The notes beneath the pieces are model-generated. The model saw only the letters and a program-made list of their open reading frames with translations, was not told the origin of the DNA and did no database searches. Positions 1-8,894 of a stretch of 36,427 bases of DNA are shown here, piece after piece (the stretch's first letter is position 1; each line of letters begins with the position of its first letter). The DNA comes from a virus. A program made the position numbers and the translations under genes. The stretch spans positions 1 to 36,427 of the IMG/VR virus record IMGVR_UViG_3300005613_000203; one strand, given 5' to 3'.

Positions 1-123
1 ATGCGGCAGTTCTATATAAAAGATAAGGTCCATGTGAAGAGGTCCTTTGAAGAAAGGTTTTTCTTGATGTTGTTGTGTAAGAGAAATACCGCTCACGAGT
101 TTAACTTCTTTCTGAGAGTCCCA
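1..123. repeat. Terminal direct repeat, left copy (identical to 36305..36427)
   Basis: Base-by-base reading: atgcggcagttctatataaaag...ctgagagtccca occurs at both window ends. Implies circular closure or terminal redundancy. Confidence 0.95.
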
Positions 124-198
124 TACCCGTCTGTTACCGTATCGTGCACGAGCAAGAGGCGTAGGGTCTCCTGGAATGATATACGTCATCTCTTTCAT
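1..198 (-). CDS. rusA: RusA-family Holliday junction resolvase, 5' part. The ORF continues across the junction into 36101..36304.
   Basis: Minus-strand ATG at 198 gives MKEMTYIIPGDPTPLARARYGNRRVWDSQKEVKLVSGISLTQQ..., which overlaps and extends the 36101..36400 ORF. The IPGxPxPxxRxR N-terminus is typical of RusA. Confidence 0.8.
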   Translation of the reverse strand, partial: MKEMTYIIPGDPTPLARARYGNRRVWDSQKEVKLVSGISLTQQHQEKPFFKGPLHMDLIFYIELPH

Positions 199-233
199 AG
201 TAAGCTTCTCCTTCAAGAAGACCCTATCACAAA

Positions 234-731
234 TCAACCCTTAAGGGGAGTCGTCGTCATGGTTGATATCATTCTTTTTGTTATTTGGTCACGCATAACA
301 AGAAAGCGTTCACCTTGAGAAAAAATTGAGCGTGATATTCTCCCCATGTACATTAAATCCTCTGCTATTGAAGCATTCTCAGTGTTAAGTAGGAAATCTA
401 AATAATCAGCCTCTTTTTCTGTAAAGAGAGAAAAGAGAGACGTAAACGCTATAAGCACATCAAAATAAGCAAGTGCTTTTACTTTTTGTAATGTATCGTC
501 AGAAACAGGAAGTTTAGATTGCTGGGAAAGATTAAGTTCAAGCTCCCCAAAAAAGTGAAGAACATCTCCCACCTCTCTATATATATCATCTTTTGGAAGA
601 TGTTTTTTTAATTGATTTACATCGCTTTCTATGCGACGATAATGCGCAATATCTTGTTTTGTAAGATTATTCTCTTTATTTGCGTGTATATGCTCTAACG
701 TTTCTTCAATTCGCCTAATAATATTAATCAT
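234..731 (-). CDS. Hypothetical all-helical protein (weak MazG/NTP-pyrophosphatase-like EVGDVLhffGELE motif)
   Basis: 165-aa ORF whose start overlaps the stop of the upstream gene (728..731). The motif resemblance is only weak. Confidence 0.45.
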   Translation of the reverse strand: MINIIRRIEETLEHIHANKENNLTKQDIAHYRRIESDVNQLKKHLPKDDIYREVGDVLHFFGELELNLSQQSKLPVSDDTLQKVKALAYFDVLIAFTSLFSLFTEKEADYLDFLLNTENASIAEDLMYMGRISRSIFSQGERFLVMRDQITKRMISTMTTTPLKG

Positions 732-1759
732 TTTAACTCCTGTAATAACTGTTCAATTTCTTTTTGCAATCTCGCGACCGTTTGCAGATGTATATCGCGG
801 TAAAAGGGATTTTTACACGTCTGCGCATCTTTTTCCGCATTTTGAAGGGCCCGCCACTTTTCGTCGACCGTCTCATTTTTTTTATGATCAATCGACGCAT
901 TTATCTTATCCAACTCACCCCTCGTTCTCCGTTCCGCTGCGATCGCACGCTCTTTGGCGCTTTGCTCTAACATCTCTATATACCTTTCCATGGGGACATA
1001 CACATCTCCAACCCACACAAGCTCCCACTCATACCTTCCCATTTTGACACACTCCACCCACACCATTTTTCCATCAATCATGCGTTTCTTTTTGCGAGGA
1101 GGAGGATTTTCAACATCATAAGAAACTTTATTCTCTTTTTTTGGAGATTTTTTATACATATTAAATTTATTAGTATAAAAACTACCTACGGTATGTTTTA
1201 CTTGTGGGACATTATTATCCGACACACCATAAATAGACGCCAAAATAACTAAAGAATAAAACCTAAACGCTGGTATCAAACCCTTTAACCGCTCCCTCAA
1301 ACCAAACGACTTCAACACCTTCTCTGGCACCCGATACACACACGTCTTCTTCACTCCCCTATTCGTCCGCGACATCAACCCCAACCTCTCAAACACCCCC
1401 AATGCCCGAGATACCGTCTTCCTGCACCGACCAACACGACGCCCAACACGACTCTGCGACACATACACCAACGAACACAAATTGTGATACTCCATAAAAC
1501 AACTAAAAACCCCCCGCTCTGTATGACTTAACCCATACACCCCCTTCACAATATCATCTTCACTCATATCATGAAACGCACGATTAATAGCCATTTCACA
1601 GCTAAAAATAGACGCTTTCCCAATTAAACTTGGATAACTTCTTTTATTTAAGACTTGATTTTCTGATAGATATGCTATATTATTCATTATATAATATACC
1701 TCATGAGACATTAACGGGTTATTATGTTTAAAAAGAATGTGTCTGTAAGTATTGCACAT
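728..1759 (-). CDS. Winged-helix DNA-binding protein, putative replication initiator / origin-binding protein
   Basis: 343-aa ORF. The segment SQSRVGRRVGRCRKTVSRALGVFERLGLMSRTNRG resembles a wHTH. It has a basic linker and a coiled-coil C-terminus, and sits in the early module next to the regulator and recombination genes. Confidence 0.5.
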   Translation of the reverse strand: MCNTYRHILFKHNNPLMSHEVYYIMNNIAYLSENQVLNKRSYPSLIGKASIFSCEMAINRAFHDMSEDDIVKGVYGLSHTERGVFSCFMEYHNLCSLVYVSQSRVGRRVGRCRKTVSRALGVFERLGLMSRTNRGVKKTCVYRVPEKVLKSFGLRERLKGLIPAFRFYSLVILASIYGVSDNNVPQVKHTVGSFYTNKFNMYKKSPKKENKVSYDVENPPPRKKKRMIDGKMVWVECVKMGRYEWELVWVGDVYVPMERYIEMLEQSAKERAIAAERRTRGELDKINASIDHKKNETVDEKWRALQNAEKDAQTCKNPFYRDIHLQTVARLQKEIEQLLQELK

Positions 1760-1852
1760 TCTTTTTTCTTCTAAATTTCAAGAATAGTCGGGAACCATTC
1801 CCGGCTATTTGCTTTTACAAAGACTTTACAGTTTTGTAACTAGCCTTATCCT

Positions 1853-1881
1853 ATTATACCACTTCCAAACACCTTTTAAAA
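1853..1881 (-). promoter_or_regulatory. Sigma70-like promoter with extended -10 (TGgTATAAT) upstream of the replication gene
   Basis: Minus strand reads TTTTAA-17 nt-TATAAT, with TG at -15/-14. The perfect -10 is at 1853..1858. The -35 is weak. A G8 tract (plus-strand C8, 1885..1892) lies just upstream. Confidence 0.45.
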
Positions 1882-1957
1882 ACGCCCCCCCCTTACCTTC
1901 CTCAAATAACCATGCTACACTCACAACGTCATTCATATGACATTTTCCTTTCTGCGT

Positions 1958-1983
1958 GGCCGTAGCAATGCGGCCCTTTTTTT
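1958..1983 (+). terminator. Intrinsic-terminator-like hairpin plus T7 tract, oriented on the plus strand
   Basis: GGCCG-tagcaatg-CGGCC followed by C and TTTTTTT. No recognised plus-strand gene lies upstream. Confidence 0.4.
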
Positions 1984-2037
1984 GATATCATTACACTACA
2001 TTTTTTCATGTGTTTCCGGGAACTTGTCTCCCTTTAT

Positions 2038-2250
2038 TCAAGTTCCCACCTTCTTATCCCATACACCCCGATTATCCTCTATAAACTTCGCTATCTTCGC
2101 CATCGTCACAAACCGCGGCGGCCTCTTACTATCCAAAAAATCCATCAACGTCGGACACCCTATCCCTATCTCCTTCGCTAACTGCCTATACGGCATAAAC
2201 CTCCTCATCCTTATCAACATCAACAACGCTTGCATGTTATCTGTTACCAT
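2038..2250 (-). CDS. Cro/XRE-like helix-turn-helix transcriptional regulator
   Basis: 70 aa. YRQLAKEIGIGCPTLMDFLDSKR is a typical HTH. It is divergent from the plus-strand early genes. Confidence 0.65.
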   Translation of the reverse strand: MVTDNMQALLMLIRMRRFMPYRQLAKEIGIGCPTLMDFLDSKRPPRFVTMAKIAKFIEDNRGVWDKKVGT

Positions 2251-2288
2251 TATTATATCCCTGTATTAATATACTATTGCATTAATCA

Positions 2289-2302
2289 TATAACATGTTA
2301 TA
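2289..2302. promoter_or_regulatory. Perfect 14-bp palindrome TATAACATGTTATA in the divergent early intergenic region (candidate operator)
   Basis: Read directly. Lies between the divergently transcribed 2038..2250(-) and 2337..(+). Confidence 0.4.
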
Positions 2303-2336
2303 CTATATATCAATACGTGTTGTGAAAGGAACTATC

Positions 2337-2429
2337 ATGAATAAATGCTCAATCTGTGGAATCTCTATCGAATCTGGATATATGTGTTATCTTTGCTACC
2401 GTAAATGGTACGACTCTTTTAACCAATAA
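2337..2429 (+). CDS. Small zinc-ribbon protein (30 aa, CxxC...CxxC)
   Basis: Manual translation gives MNKCSICGISIESGYMCYLCYRKWYDSFNQ*. GAAAGGA lies upstream. Below the ORF-track length cutoff. Confidence 0.4.
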   Translation: MNKCSICGISIESGYMCYLCYRKWYDSFNQ

Positions 2430-2438
2430 GGACTATCC

Positions 2439-3185
2439 ATGGAACTCAACCTATTCCAACATTTTTCCACACTGTTTGAAGATCTTTACCAAAAGATAGA
2501 AGCACTCGCCAAAACAAAAAACGTCGCTCCTGAGCCAAAACGGTCGCCCGAGATCAATGAATTAACCACCGCTCTCGCTAAAGCTCAGTCCGAAATGAAA
2601 TCAGCTGACCTCAACAAGACAAACCCCTACTTCAAAAGCTCATACGCTGACCTTCAATCAATCGTTAGCGCTTCACGAGGCCCCTTAACCAAAAACGGAC
2701 TATCCGTTACCCAACAACTCTACGACGAATATGACGCATCATGGCTCATCACCACCCTCTGGCATACCTCAGGCCAATGGATCACCTCAAAACGACGCGT
2801 CGTACCCGCTAAAAACGATATTCAAACCATCAGCTCCCATACCACATACCTCAAACGTATGTCTTATGCCTCATTAATTGGTGTCGTAACCGGCGAAGAC
2901 GACGATGACGGAGAAGCCGCTGTCGCCACACAACGCGAAACATACGCCAAAGGCGTTGCCCTTAACACCAAATACAACCCAAAAGAAAATAAAACAGAAA
3001 TTGTGAGCAAAGATCAATTAGACGAACTTGAGTACGAACTCGCCGAATACCCCGATATTGCAGAAATGGTACTCGATGGCCTCAAACTACAAAACCTCGC
3101 CGACATGCCAAAAGAAAAATTTATGACCGCCGTTAAACGTATCCGAGAAATAAAAGATCTCCGCAATAACGGACCCCGAAACTAA
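2439..3185 (+). CDS. erf: ERF-family single-strand annealing recombinase
   Basis: INELTTALAKAQSEMKSADLNKTNPYFKSSYADLQSIVSASRGPLTKNGLSVTQ matches the conserved ERF core (K-x-NP-[YF]F-KS-xYA-xL). An acidic linker and a C-terminal tail follow. Confidence 0.8.
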   Translation: MELNLFQHFSTLFEDLYQKIEALAKTKNVAPEPKRSPEINELTTALAKAQSEMKSADLNKTNPYFKSSYADLQSIVSASRGPLTKNGLSVTQQLYDEYDASWLITTLWHTSGQWITSKRRVVPAKNDIQTISSHTTYLKRMSYASLIGVVTGEDDDDGEAAVATQRETYAKGVALNTKYNPKENKTEIVSKDQLDELEYELAEYPDIAEMVLDGLKLQNLADMPKEKFMTAVKRIREIKDLRNNGPRN

Positions 3186-3194
3186 AGGAACCTC

Positions 3195-3419
3195 ATGGAT
3201 AATGTGATATTTCGTCATTCAATACCCAGCCACCTTGACGAAGCTGCCATCGGAACCCAATGCCACGTCAAACGACCAACCGGATTCACCGACGTCTATA
3301 TACAACTCGGCAAAGAACCCAACCACCCAAAATGGACCTTTATCGACTCCTTCAGCGATCACCTTACCACCAAAAAAATCATAAAACTTATCAAAAATCG
3401 TCTCCTAACACAACACTGA
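3195..3419 (+). CDS. Hypothetical protein
   Basis: 74-aa ORF directly after erf with AAGGAA upstream. The overlapping 3260..3487 ORF is judged spurious. Confidence 0.4.
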   Translation: MDNVIFRHSIPSHLDEAAIGTQCHVKRPTGFTDVYIQLGKEPNHPKWTFIDSFSDHLTTKKIIKLIKNRLLTQH

Positions 3420-3424
3420 GACAC

Positions 3425-3458
3425 GTGGGCTGCTCTGTAATGCTGGAGAGCAGCCCAC
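3425..3458 (+). terminator. 12-bp perfect stem hairpin at the end of the plus-strand early cassette
   Basis: GTGGGCTGCTCT-10 nt-AGAGCAGCCCAC, 6 nt after the stop at 3419. No clear U-tract. Confidence 0.5.
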
Positions 3459-3494
3459 ACCTAAAATCCACTCTCTATACTGCTTAATAGAGAC

Positions 3495-3522
3495 GGGGCC
3501 ATGGCAAAATAACCATGGCCCC
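3495..3522. terminator. 10-bp perfect stem hairpin in the convergent intergenic region
   Basis: GGGGCCATGG-caaaataa-CCATGGCCCC, with an A-rich plus-strand 3' flank (equivalently, a T-run 5' of the hairpin on the minus strand). Sits between the convergent transcription units. Confidence 0.4.
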
Positions 3523-3549
3523 AACAAAAAAGGAGTGTAAATGAAATCT

Positions 3550-3699
3550 CTAATCTACCAATTCTCCAATAAACTCTTTTCCACCTATTTCTATCACAGT
3601 TACCCCCTTTATTCTACTTTTTTTCATCTGCCACGTTAAAACACCCACACATAAACATAATCCTGCAATAAAACAAGCAAGCTTAACCTTTCTCTTCAT
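3550..3699 (-). CDS. Small membrane protein (49 aa, one N-terminal TM segment)
   Basis: Manual translation gives MKRKVKLACFIAGLCLCVGVLTWQMKKSRIKGVTVIEIGGKEFIGELVD*. ATGA start/stop overlap with the upstream ORF. Confidence 0.4.
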   Translation of the reverse strand: MKRKVKLACFIAGLCLCVGVLTWQMKKSRIKGVTVIEIGGKEFIGELVD

Positions 3700-3851
3700 G
3701 CGCTAAACAACCCCGTTTCTGAATCATACGTATTACCAACCTGCGCATTCTCACTCTGCACAACCGTGTGATTGCGCGGAGCCACAAACTCCTGATCAGT
3801 AATAATAACGTTAACTACTTTATTTTCACTATCAATAATCACATATCTCAT
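3696..3851 (-). CDS. Small hypothetical protein (51 aa), paralogue of 3848..4069
   Basis: Manual translation gives MRYVIIDSENKVVNVIITDQEFVAPRNHTVVQSENAQVGNTYDSETGLFSA*. ATGA overlaps at both ends. Shares the NKV[VI]NV motif with its neighbour. Confidence 0.45.
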   Translation of the reverse strand: MRYVIIDSENKVVNVIITDQEFVAPRNHTVVQSENAQVGNTYDSETGLFSA

Positions 3852-4069
3852 ATTTCTTCCTCTTCCTCTGGCTCGGGATCTGGCGCTGTTCTATCAATAG
3901 GCGTGATCACTTCGAGAATCGGATCCCAGTCATCATCTATATTTGCACTATCAGACTGAACCATAATCGTTCCAGCCTTGGGCAGATATTCTCTCCCATC
4001 CCAAAGAGAAACGTTTATAACCTTATTTGTTGTTGTGTTGATATGTGCATATTTTTTGATTTCACTCAT
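3848..4069 (-). CDS. Small hypothetical protein with acidic C-terminus
   Basis: 73-aa ORF immediately downstream of the fibre gene. Confidence 0.5.
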   Translation of the reverse strand: MSEIKKYAHINTTTNKVINVSLWDGREYLPKAGTIMVQSDSANIDDDWDPILEVITPIDRTAPDPEPEEEEEI

Positions 4070-4072
4070 TGC

Positions 4073-5164
4073 TTACCCTAAATATTCAATAATCCATACT
4101 TCACCACGCGCACCAGTACCACCAGCACCAGAATTGGTTCCATTTAATGAACCTCCTCCTCCACCGCCGCTACCGCCGGGAGCACCACCATCACCTCCCG
4201 TTCCAGCAGAACCACCAGTTGATTGACCTCCTCCACCGCCGCCGCCTGAGCCCATTGTAAGAAACTTAATCGTACCATAGGCGGCTGCTGCACCATTAGT
4301 ACCATTAATAGTGCCCGACTCTACACCACCAGTACCGCCGGCAACAAGAGTTCCACTCTCTCCAATAAGCGAAGCTGCGTCTCCACCTGTTTTTTCTGAC
4401 CCGCTATTTGCTCCTGCACCACCACCTGCAACACCTAAGACGCCTCCGTGGCCATAAAAATCATTTACGCTCGTAGCATCCAAATTGCTTCCTGCTCCTG
4501 CTTGCGCAACTTCTGGAGTGTTAGCGCGTGGAAAAATATTCGAAATAACTGCCCCTGCACCTGCTGTAGACGTTGTTGTTGTCCCTCCCAATCCATATAC
4601 ATACCGAGTGCTGGCACCTTGCACTACAGAAGTCATCGTAGAAATAACATCAACCGATGAGGCTCCTCCAGCTGTTCCATTATTCCCATTGGTATCATTT
4701 GCTGTTTGAACTGCTCCTCCAGCTCCGCCTGATCCAACCGTCACAGATTCACTTGCTGAAAAATTAGAAGCAGGCATAGTTACCCCCTTTAAAACAGAAG
4801 TAGATCCTCCGGCGCCACCACCGGCACTTCCACTTGCGCCTCTTCTTCCAGATCCTCCTCCACTGCCTCCTCCAATAAGAATGAGCTCTATCCATTGCGC
4901 ATTAGCGTCTTTTGTCCACGTTCCATTCGATGTAAATTGTGTAACTACTACACCACCACCGCCACCAGCTGCTGCCTGAAACGTTGGCGCACTTCCCGCA
5001 CCATTACTCGTTAATACATGTGTCGCTGTACCAACCGCCGTTGTTACTAAACTCGTGCCATCATAATAAACAACACCATCAGTAGTCGTCATCGACGTGG
5101 CATTCGTGCCACCCTTAGATATCTCTATTGGAATATTGCTATTTATCGCGTTCTTTGTCGCCAT
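4073..5164 (-). CDS. Glycine-rich tail fibre / receptor-binding protein
   Basis: N-terminus ISKGGTNATS...VTTAVGTATHVLTSNGAGSAPTF shares the fibre repeat motif. FTSNGTWTKDANAQWIELILIGGGSGGGSG is the widespread phage glycine-rich-domain signature. Confidence 0.65.
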   Translation of the reverse strand: MATKNAINSNIPIEISKGGTNATSMTTTDGVVYYDGTSLVTTAVGTATHVLTSNGAGSAPTFQAAAGGGGGVVVTQFTSNGTWTKDANAQWIELILIGGGSGGGSGRRGASGSAGGGAGGSTSVLKGVTMPASNFSASESVTVGSGGAGGAVQTANDTNGNNGTAGGASSVDVISTMTSVVQGASTRYVYGLGGTTTTSTAGAGAVISNIFPRANTPEVAQAGAGSNLDATSVNDFYGHGGVLGVAGGGAGANSGSEKTGGDAASLIGESGTLVAGGTGGVESGTINGTNGAAAAYGTIKFLTMGSGGGGGGGQSTGGSAGTGGDGGAPGGSGGGGGGSLNGTNSGAGGTGARGEVWIIEYLG

Positions 5165-5172
5165 TATATCTC

Positions 5173-7740
5173 CTAAGTTACGGTAATATTACCCTGCTCT
5201 GTCTTACAGAACCAACTTGTATCCGCAACGTTACATACCAATGTTACCCAGTCGCCAATACCTGTTGAAGCAAGAGAACCTCCAACTCCAGCTGTTGTCG
5301 AATCGTCACCAATAAATATCTGCTGTCCTGCATTCTGAGCAATCGTCCATCCGCCTGCATTCATCGCACAAACTTCAAACGTATGGCCAACAGATGCTGT
5401 TGCCGGTAACGTCACCGTGACACCACCCGCATTATTACAGAAATATCCAGTGCTATCAGCTGCAGTCTGCCCAGTCGTCACCACAGACCAACTCATGCCA
5501 GCCTGCTCTGTCGCAACCGTTATCGACCCAGCTGCATTCGTTACCGATACCCCTGAACCAGCCGTTAACGTCGCAAGCACAGGGTCTGCCGCGCTGCTTC
5601 CAATCACCAGCTGTCCATCTGTTGCTACACCAAGCTCAGTCATCGCTGCCGCACCCGAACCAACCAACAAACTATGATCAGTCGGATTAGAAACACCGGT
5701 ACCACCATTGGCAACACCAACCGTTCCATCAAGAGAAACTGTTAATGTTGAAGCTGCCGCTGTTGTCGCAATATTTGTTCCACCAGCCACTGTCAATACG
5801 TTTGCCGCCGGAATCGCACTATTTGCATCATCAGCTAAGTACGACGTCGCAACTGCTGCCGCCACATCAAGATCTATCGAGCCCGCACCATTGGTAATTG
5901 CAATCGAACTTCCCGTTGATATTATCGTCGCCAAAACCGGATTGTTTCCTGTGCTGCCAATCGGAATTTGCCCGTCAGTCGCTTCAGCGAGTGCTTGTAT
6001 ATCACCGGCACCATTACCCAATAAAATGCCGTGAGAAGTCAACGTCGTTACGCCTGTGCCACCTTCCGTAACGTCAAGCGCATTAAATAATGAGATAACT
6101 CCCGCACTTGTAATCGTTACAAGGTCGTCGCCCGCACTTGGATTTGAAGAATTTGTCAGTTTGATCGGATCGCCCGCAACAGAGTTGTCTATCCCTAAGG
6201 CGTAATTTGTTGTTCCTGATATTTGCCAATTGACGTACGGATCACCTGCAGCGTCAGGAGTGCCAATAAACAATTCTGCGTGGGACGTCGCGTCGCTATC
6301 CCCATTTGTAACGCCAAGCGATGCTGTCGTTGCTGCAGTAAGATTGCTAAACGTGAAGTCTCCATACGCAATATTGGCAAATGCTGGGTCGGCACCGGTT
6401 GCCCCAACAAGGAGCTCTCCCGTCGTTCCAGCACCAATTACACCAAGCGGATTACCATTACCATTACCAACAACTACACAATTATTAGTTAAATCTTTGC
6501 CAAAATCATCAATTGTCTCCAACGCAGCCTGAACATTCGTATCTGCTCCAGATAATATCCCGTCAAAATTGGTTGTATTTGTAGTAATTAATGCTGCCGT
6601 ATTTGTTCCACCCGTTGAAATGGTTTGCTTTAATGTCGCCTTTTCTATAATGACTTCAACAATAGAACTCGAAGATTCTTCATAAATAATATAACCAAGC
6701 TGCGATATTTCTAAGTTAAATAATTCGTTAGTAGCCTGCGCAATGCTACCATTTGATATTGCAGTATCTGCCGCAGCTTGATTGTTAAATTCTGCCGTAT
6801 TTAATACTGCAAAATATGTTGGATCTGTTGAATTGAGATCATCTTTTGATACATAAAGGCGATATACACCATACTTATTACCCGTTAAAACTGTTGGCGT
6901 TCCACCACTATTAAAATAACCATTAAACGTATCTGATTCCTGATAAAGCGCCCACTTGCCGGCAGCAGTGGTATACATCTGCTTCCACGTAACACCAACA
7001 CCCGCTGAATCTACAATATCCGTATACAGACCATGATCACTTAATACGTCATCACCATTAATTTGAATTTTCTGTGTTCCATTAATGGTTATGTTTGCCC
7101 CGTTATCATTGTTTTCAATAACACAGCCAATAACTTCATGCGCATAGTATGATACTGATGAAGGGAAATCAAATGGATGATTTTCTTTAACTGTGATCTG
7201 ATTATTTGTTATGGGTGTAGAGTCTCTTAAGCACTCAAACAAAACAATATAGTCAGTATAAAGAGATTCAGATGCTGCCGTTGTCGCGCCAATGGTTCCC
7301 GTATCATCTATATAGATATAATATGTGTTACCAGCAACCATTCCCGTATACGTCTGACCGCCAGCCCATGTAACCGGCTTACTCTTAATATATCCTGTTC
7401 CACCGCGCAGCAACTCAAAATCACCAAGAACTGAATCATCGTAATATGCACCAGCGCCTGTCCACGATTCCCAGCCTGTTACTGTTTGCAAGCCATCATT
7501 TACATCAAGCGCTAACGTTCCGGCACCCGTAGTAAACTCAACCGTTCCAACCGTTGATGCTAACGTGCCGAAAACTGGATCTGCCGCGCTGCTTCCAATC
7601 ACCAACTGCCCATTGGTTCCAACAGCTGTAGTAGTTAACGCTGAAGTTCCTTGTCCTAAAACTATGCCATGCTCAGTTAACGTTTCCGCCCCTGTTCCAC
7701 CTTCACTTACAATAATTGGACTTCTTTGTTTATATGCCAT
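5173..7740 (-). CDS. Tail fibre protein (855 aa) with reiterated GGTG...HG.LLG.G...GQ..IGS...PV.ATL motif
   Basis: At least three clear copies of the motif (one N-terminal, two in the C-terminal half). The C-terminal domain ...VTVTLPATASVGHTFEV... resembles that of 7740..8870. Confidence 0.7.
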   Translation of the reverse strand: MAYKQRSPIIVSEGGTGAETLTEHGIVLGQGTSALTTTAVGTNGQLVIGSSAADPVFGTLASTVGTVEFTTGAGTLALDVNDGLQTVTGWESWTGAGAYYDDSVLGDFELLRGGTGYIKSKPVTWAGGQTYTGMVAGNTYYIYIDDTGTIGATTAASESLYTDYIVLFECLRDSTPITNNQITVKENHPFDFPSSVSYYAHEVIGCVIENNDNGANITINGTQKIQINGDDVLSDHGLYTDIVDSAGVGVTWKQMYTTAAGKWALYQESDTFNGYFNSGGTPTVLTGNKYGVYRLYVSKDDLNSTDPTYFAVLNTAEFNNQAAADTAISNGSIAQATNELFNLEISQLGYIIYEESSSSIVEVIIEKATLKQTISTGGTNTAALITTNTTNFDGILSGADTNVQAALETIDDFGKDLTNNCVVVGNGNGNPLGVIGAGTTGELLVGATGADPAFANIAYGDFTFSNLTAATTASLGVTNGDSDATSHAELFIGTPDAAGDPYVNWQISGTTNYALGIDNSVAGDPIKLTNSSNPSAGDDLVTITSAGVISLFNALDVTEGGTGVTTLTSHGILLGNGAGDIQALAEATDGQIPIGSTGNNPVLATIISTGSSIAITNGAGSIDLDVAAAVATSYLADDANSAIPAANVLTVAGGTNIATTAAASTLTVSLDGTVGVANGGTGVSNPTDHSLLVGSGAAAMTELGVATDGQLVIGSSAADPVLATLTAGSGVSVTNAAGSITVATEQAGMSWSVVTTGQTAADSTGYFCNNAGGVTVTLPATASVGHTFEVCAMNAGGWTIAQNAGQQIFIGDDSTTAGVGGSLASTGIGDWVTLVCNVADTSWFCKTEQGNITVT

Positions 7741-8870
7741 TATAACACCTCATATGTGGAGGAATTTCCAATAACGGTAATCGACTCATATGCCACATTC
7801 ATCACAAACGTAGCTGCACCGTCAATATTTGTCGCACCAGTAACTGTTGTAACGGTAATATTATTTGCGTTAGCGGAACCCGTTCTATCTTTTATTCTAA
7901 ATACCTGACCCAACACCGGCACATCCGGAAGCTGAATCGTTATAGGGATACCAGAACAATCAACACTCAGCACATTGTCTGTTGCTAAAACCACATATGG
8001 TGATGCACTGACCGCAGTATACGTATATATACCCGCCCCCGTTCGAGTAATGGTAATCGTGCTTCCCGCGCCACTTGTTGCAATACCTGCTCCACCAAGA
8101 ATGTTAATGTTATTCGCAGCCGGCGTTGCGTTTCCTACATCTGCCGTGAATGTTGTTGCAACAGAATCTCCGACAACCAAGTCTAACGATCCTGGTCCCC
8201 GAGTGAAGGCAACCGTGTTGTCAACTGATGTTAAATGTGCAGCTTTCGGAGGTCCTAGCAGATCTCCGATCATAAGCTCACCATCACCAAGTACGTCGAG
8301 AGACTTAAGTTTTTTATTCGCATCAAAGTAAACTGCAGTATCTGGAGAAGCACTGCTTACGATAACATCCCCTGTTGGATTAAGAGTAAGGTCGGAAGTT
8401 GATGCTATTGTGGTTCCACTTAACGATATAGAATCTATGACAACACTTCCCACGCCCTGTGGAATAAGACGTATGTCTACATTTGCATCTGTTCCTACGC
8501 CTCCAACAGCATTTCCCGTTATTCTCAACCCAGCAGCAGCATCATCGGTGTTCATGCCATTAACAGTAATATTATCATCAAGATTTACCGTTAAATTAGC
8601 TCCAGCACCGGCCGTATTAATATTTGTTCCACCAAGAACATTCAAAACATGTGCAGCCGGTGTCGCGGTTCCCGCATCAGTTACGTAAGAAGTTGCTACC
8701 GTCCCGTCATCTGAGATAGTAAGCGTTGAGGTGGCAGGCGTTCCCGTAACTGTTAAAAACCCTGCACCCAAAATATCAATATTACCCGCGGTTGGCGCCA
8801 CTGCACCACCGGCATTACCAGTTAATGTTGATAAAACATATAACGGTAAATACTGTCCCATTTGACTCAC
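7740..8870 (-). CDS. Tail fibre / tail spike-like protein (376 aa)
   Basis: Thr/Gly/Ala-rich beta-repeat composition. C-terminus ...IPITIQLPDVPVLGQVFRIKDRTGSANANNITV... is similar in pattern to the C-terminus of the 855-aa fibre. Confidence 0.6.
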   Translation of the reverse strand: MSQMGQYLPLYVLSTLTGNAGGAVAPTAGNIDILGAGFLTVTGTPATSTLTISDDGTVATSYVTDAGTATPAAHVLNVLGGTNINTAGAGANLTVNLDDNITVNGMNTDDAAAGLRITGNAVGGVGTDANVDIRLIPQGVGSVVIDSISLSGTTIASTSDLTLNPTGDVIVSSASPDTAVYFDANKKLKSLDVLGDGELMIGDLLGPPKAAHLTSVDNTVAFTRGPGSLDLVVGDSVATTFTADVGNATPAANNINILGGAGIATSGAGSTITITRTGAGIYTYTAVSASPYVVLATDNVLSVDCSGIPITIQLPDVPVLGQVFRIKDRTGSANANNITVTTVTGATNIDGAATFVMNVAYESITVIGNSSTYEVL

Positions 8871-8894
8871 GGTATCTCCTTCTCTTATCTAGAG

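Noticed and set aside
1-318. 105-aa plus-strand ORF at the window start
   Set aside because: It lies antisense to the RusA 5' region and to the 3' end of 234..731. The minus strand gives a recognisable RusA N-terminus.
4073-5164. Collagen-like triple-helix protein
   Set aside because: The glycine runs are poly-G or irregular G-rich stretches, not a sustained G-X-Y periodicity.
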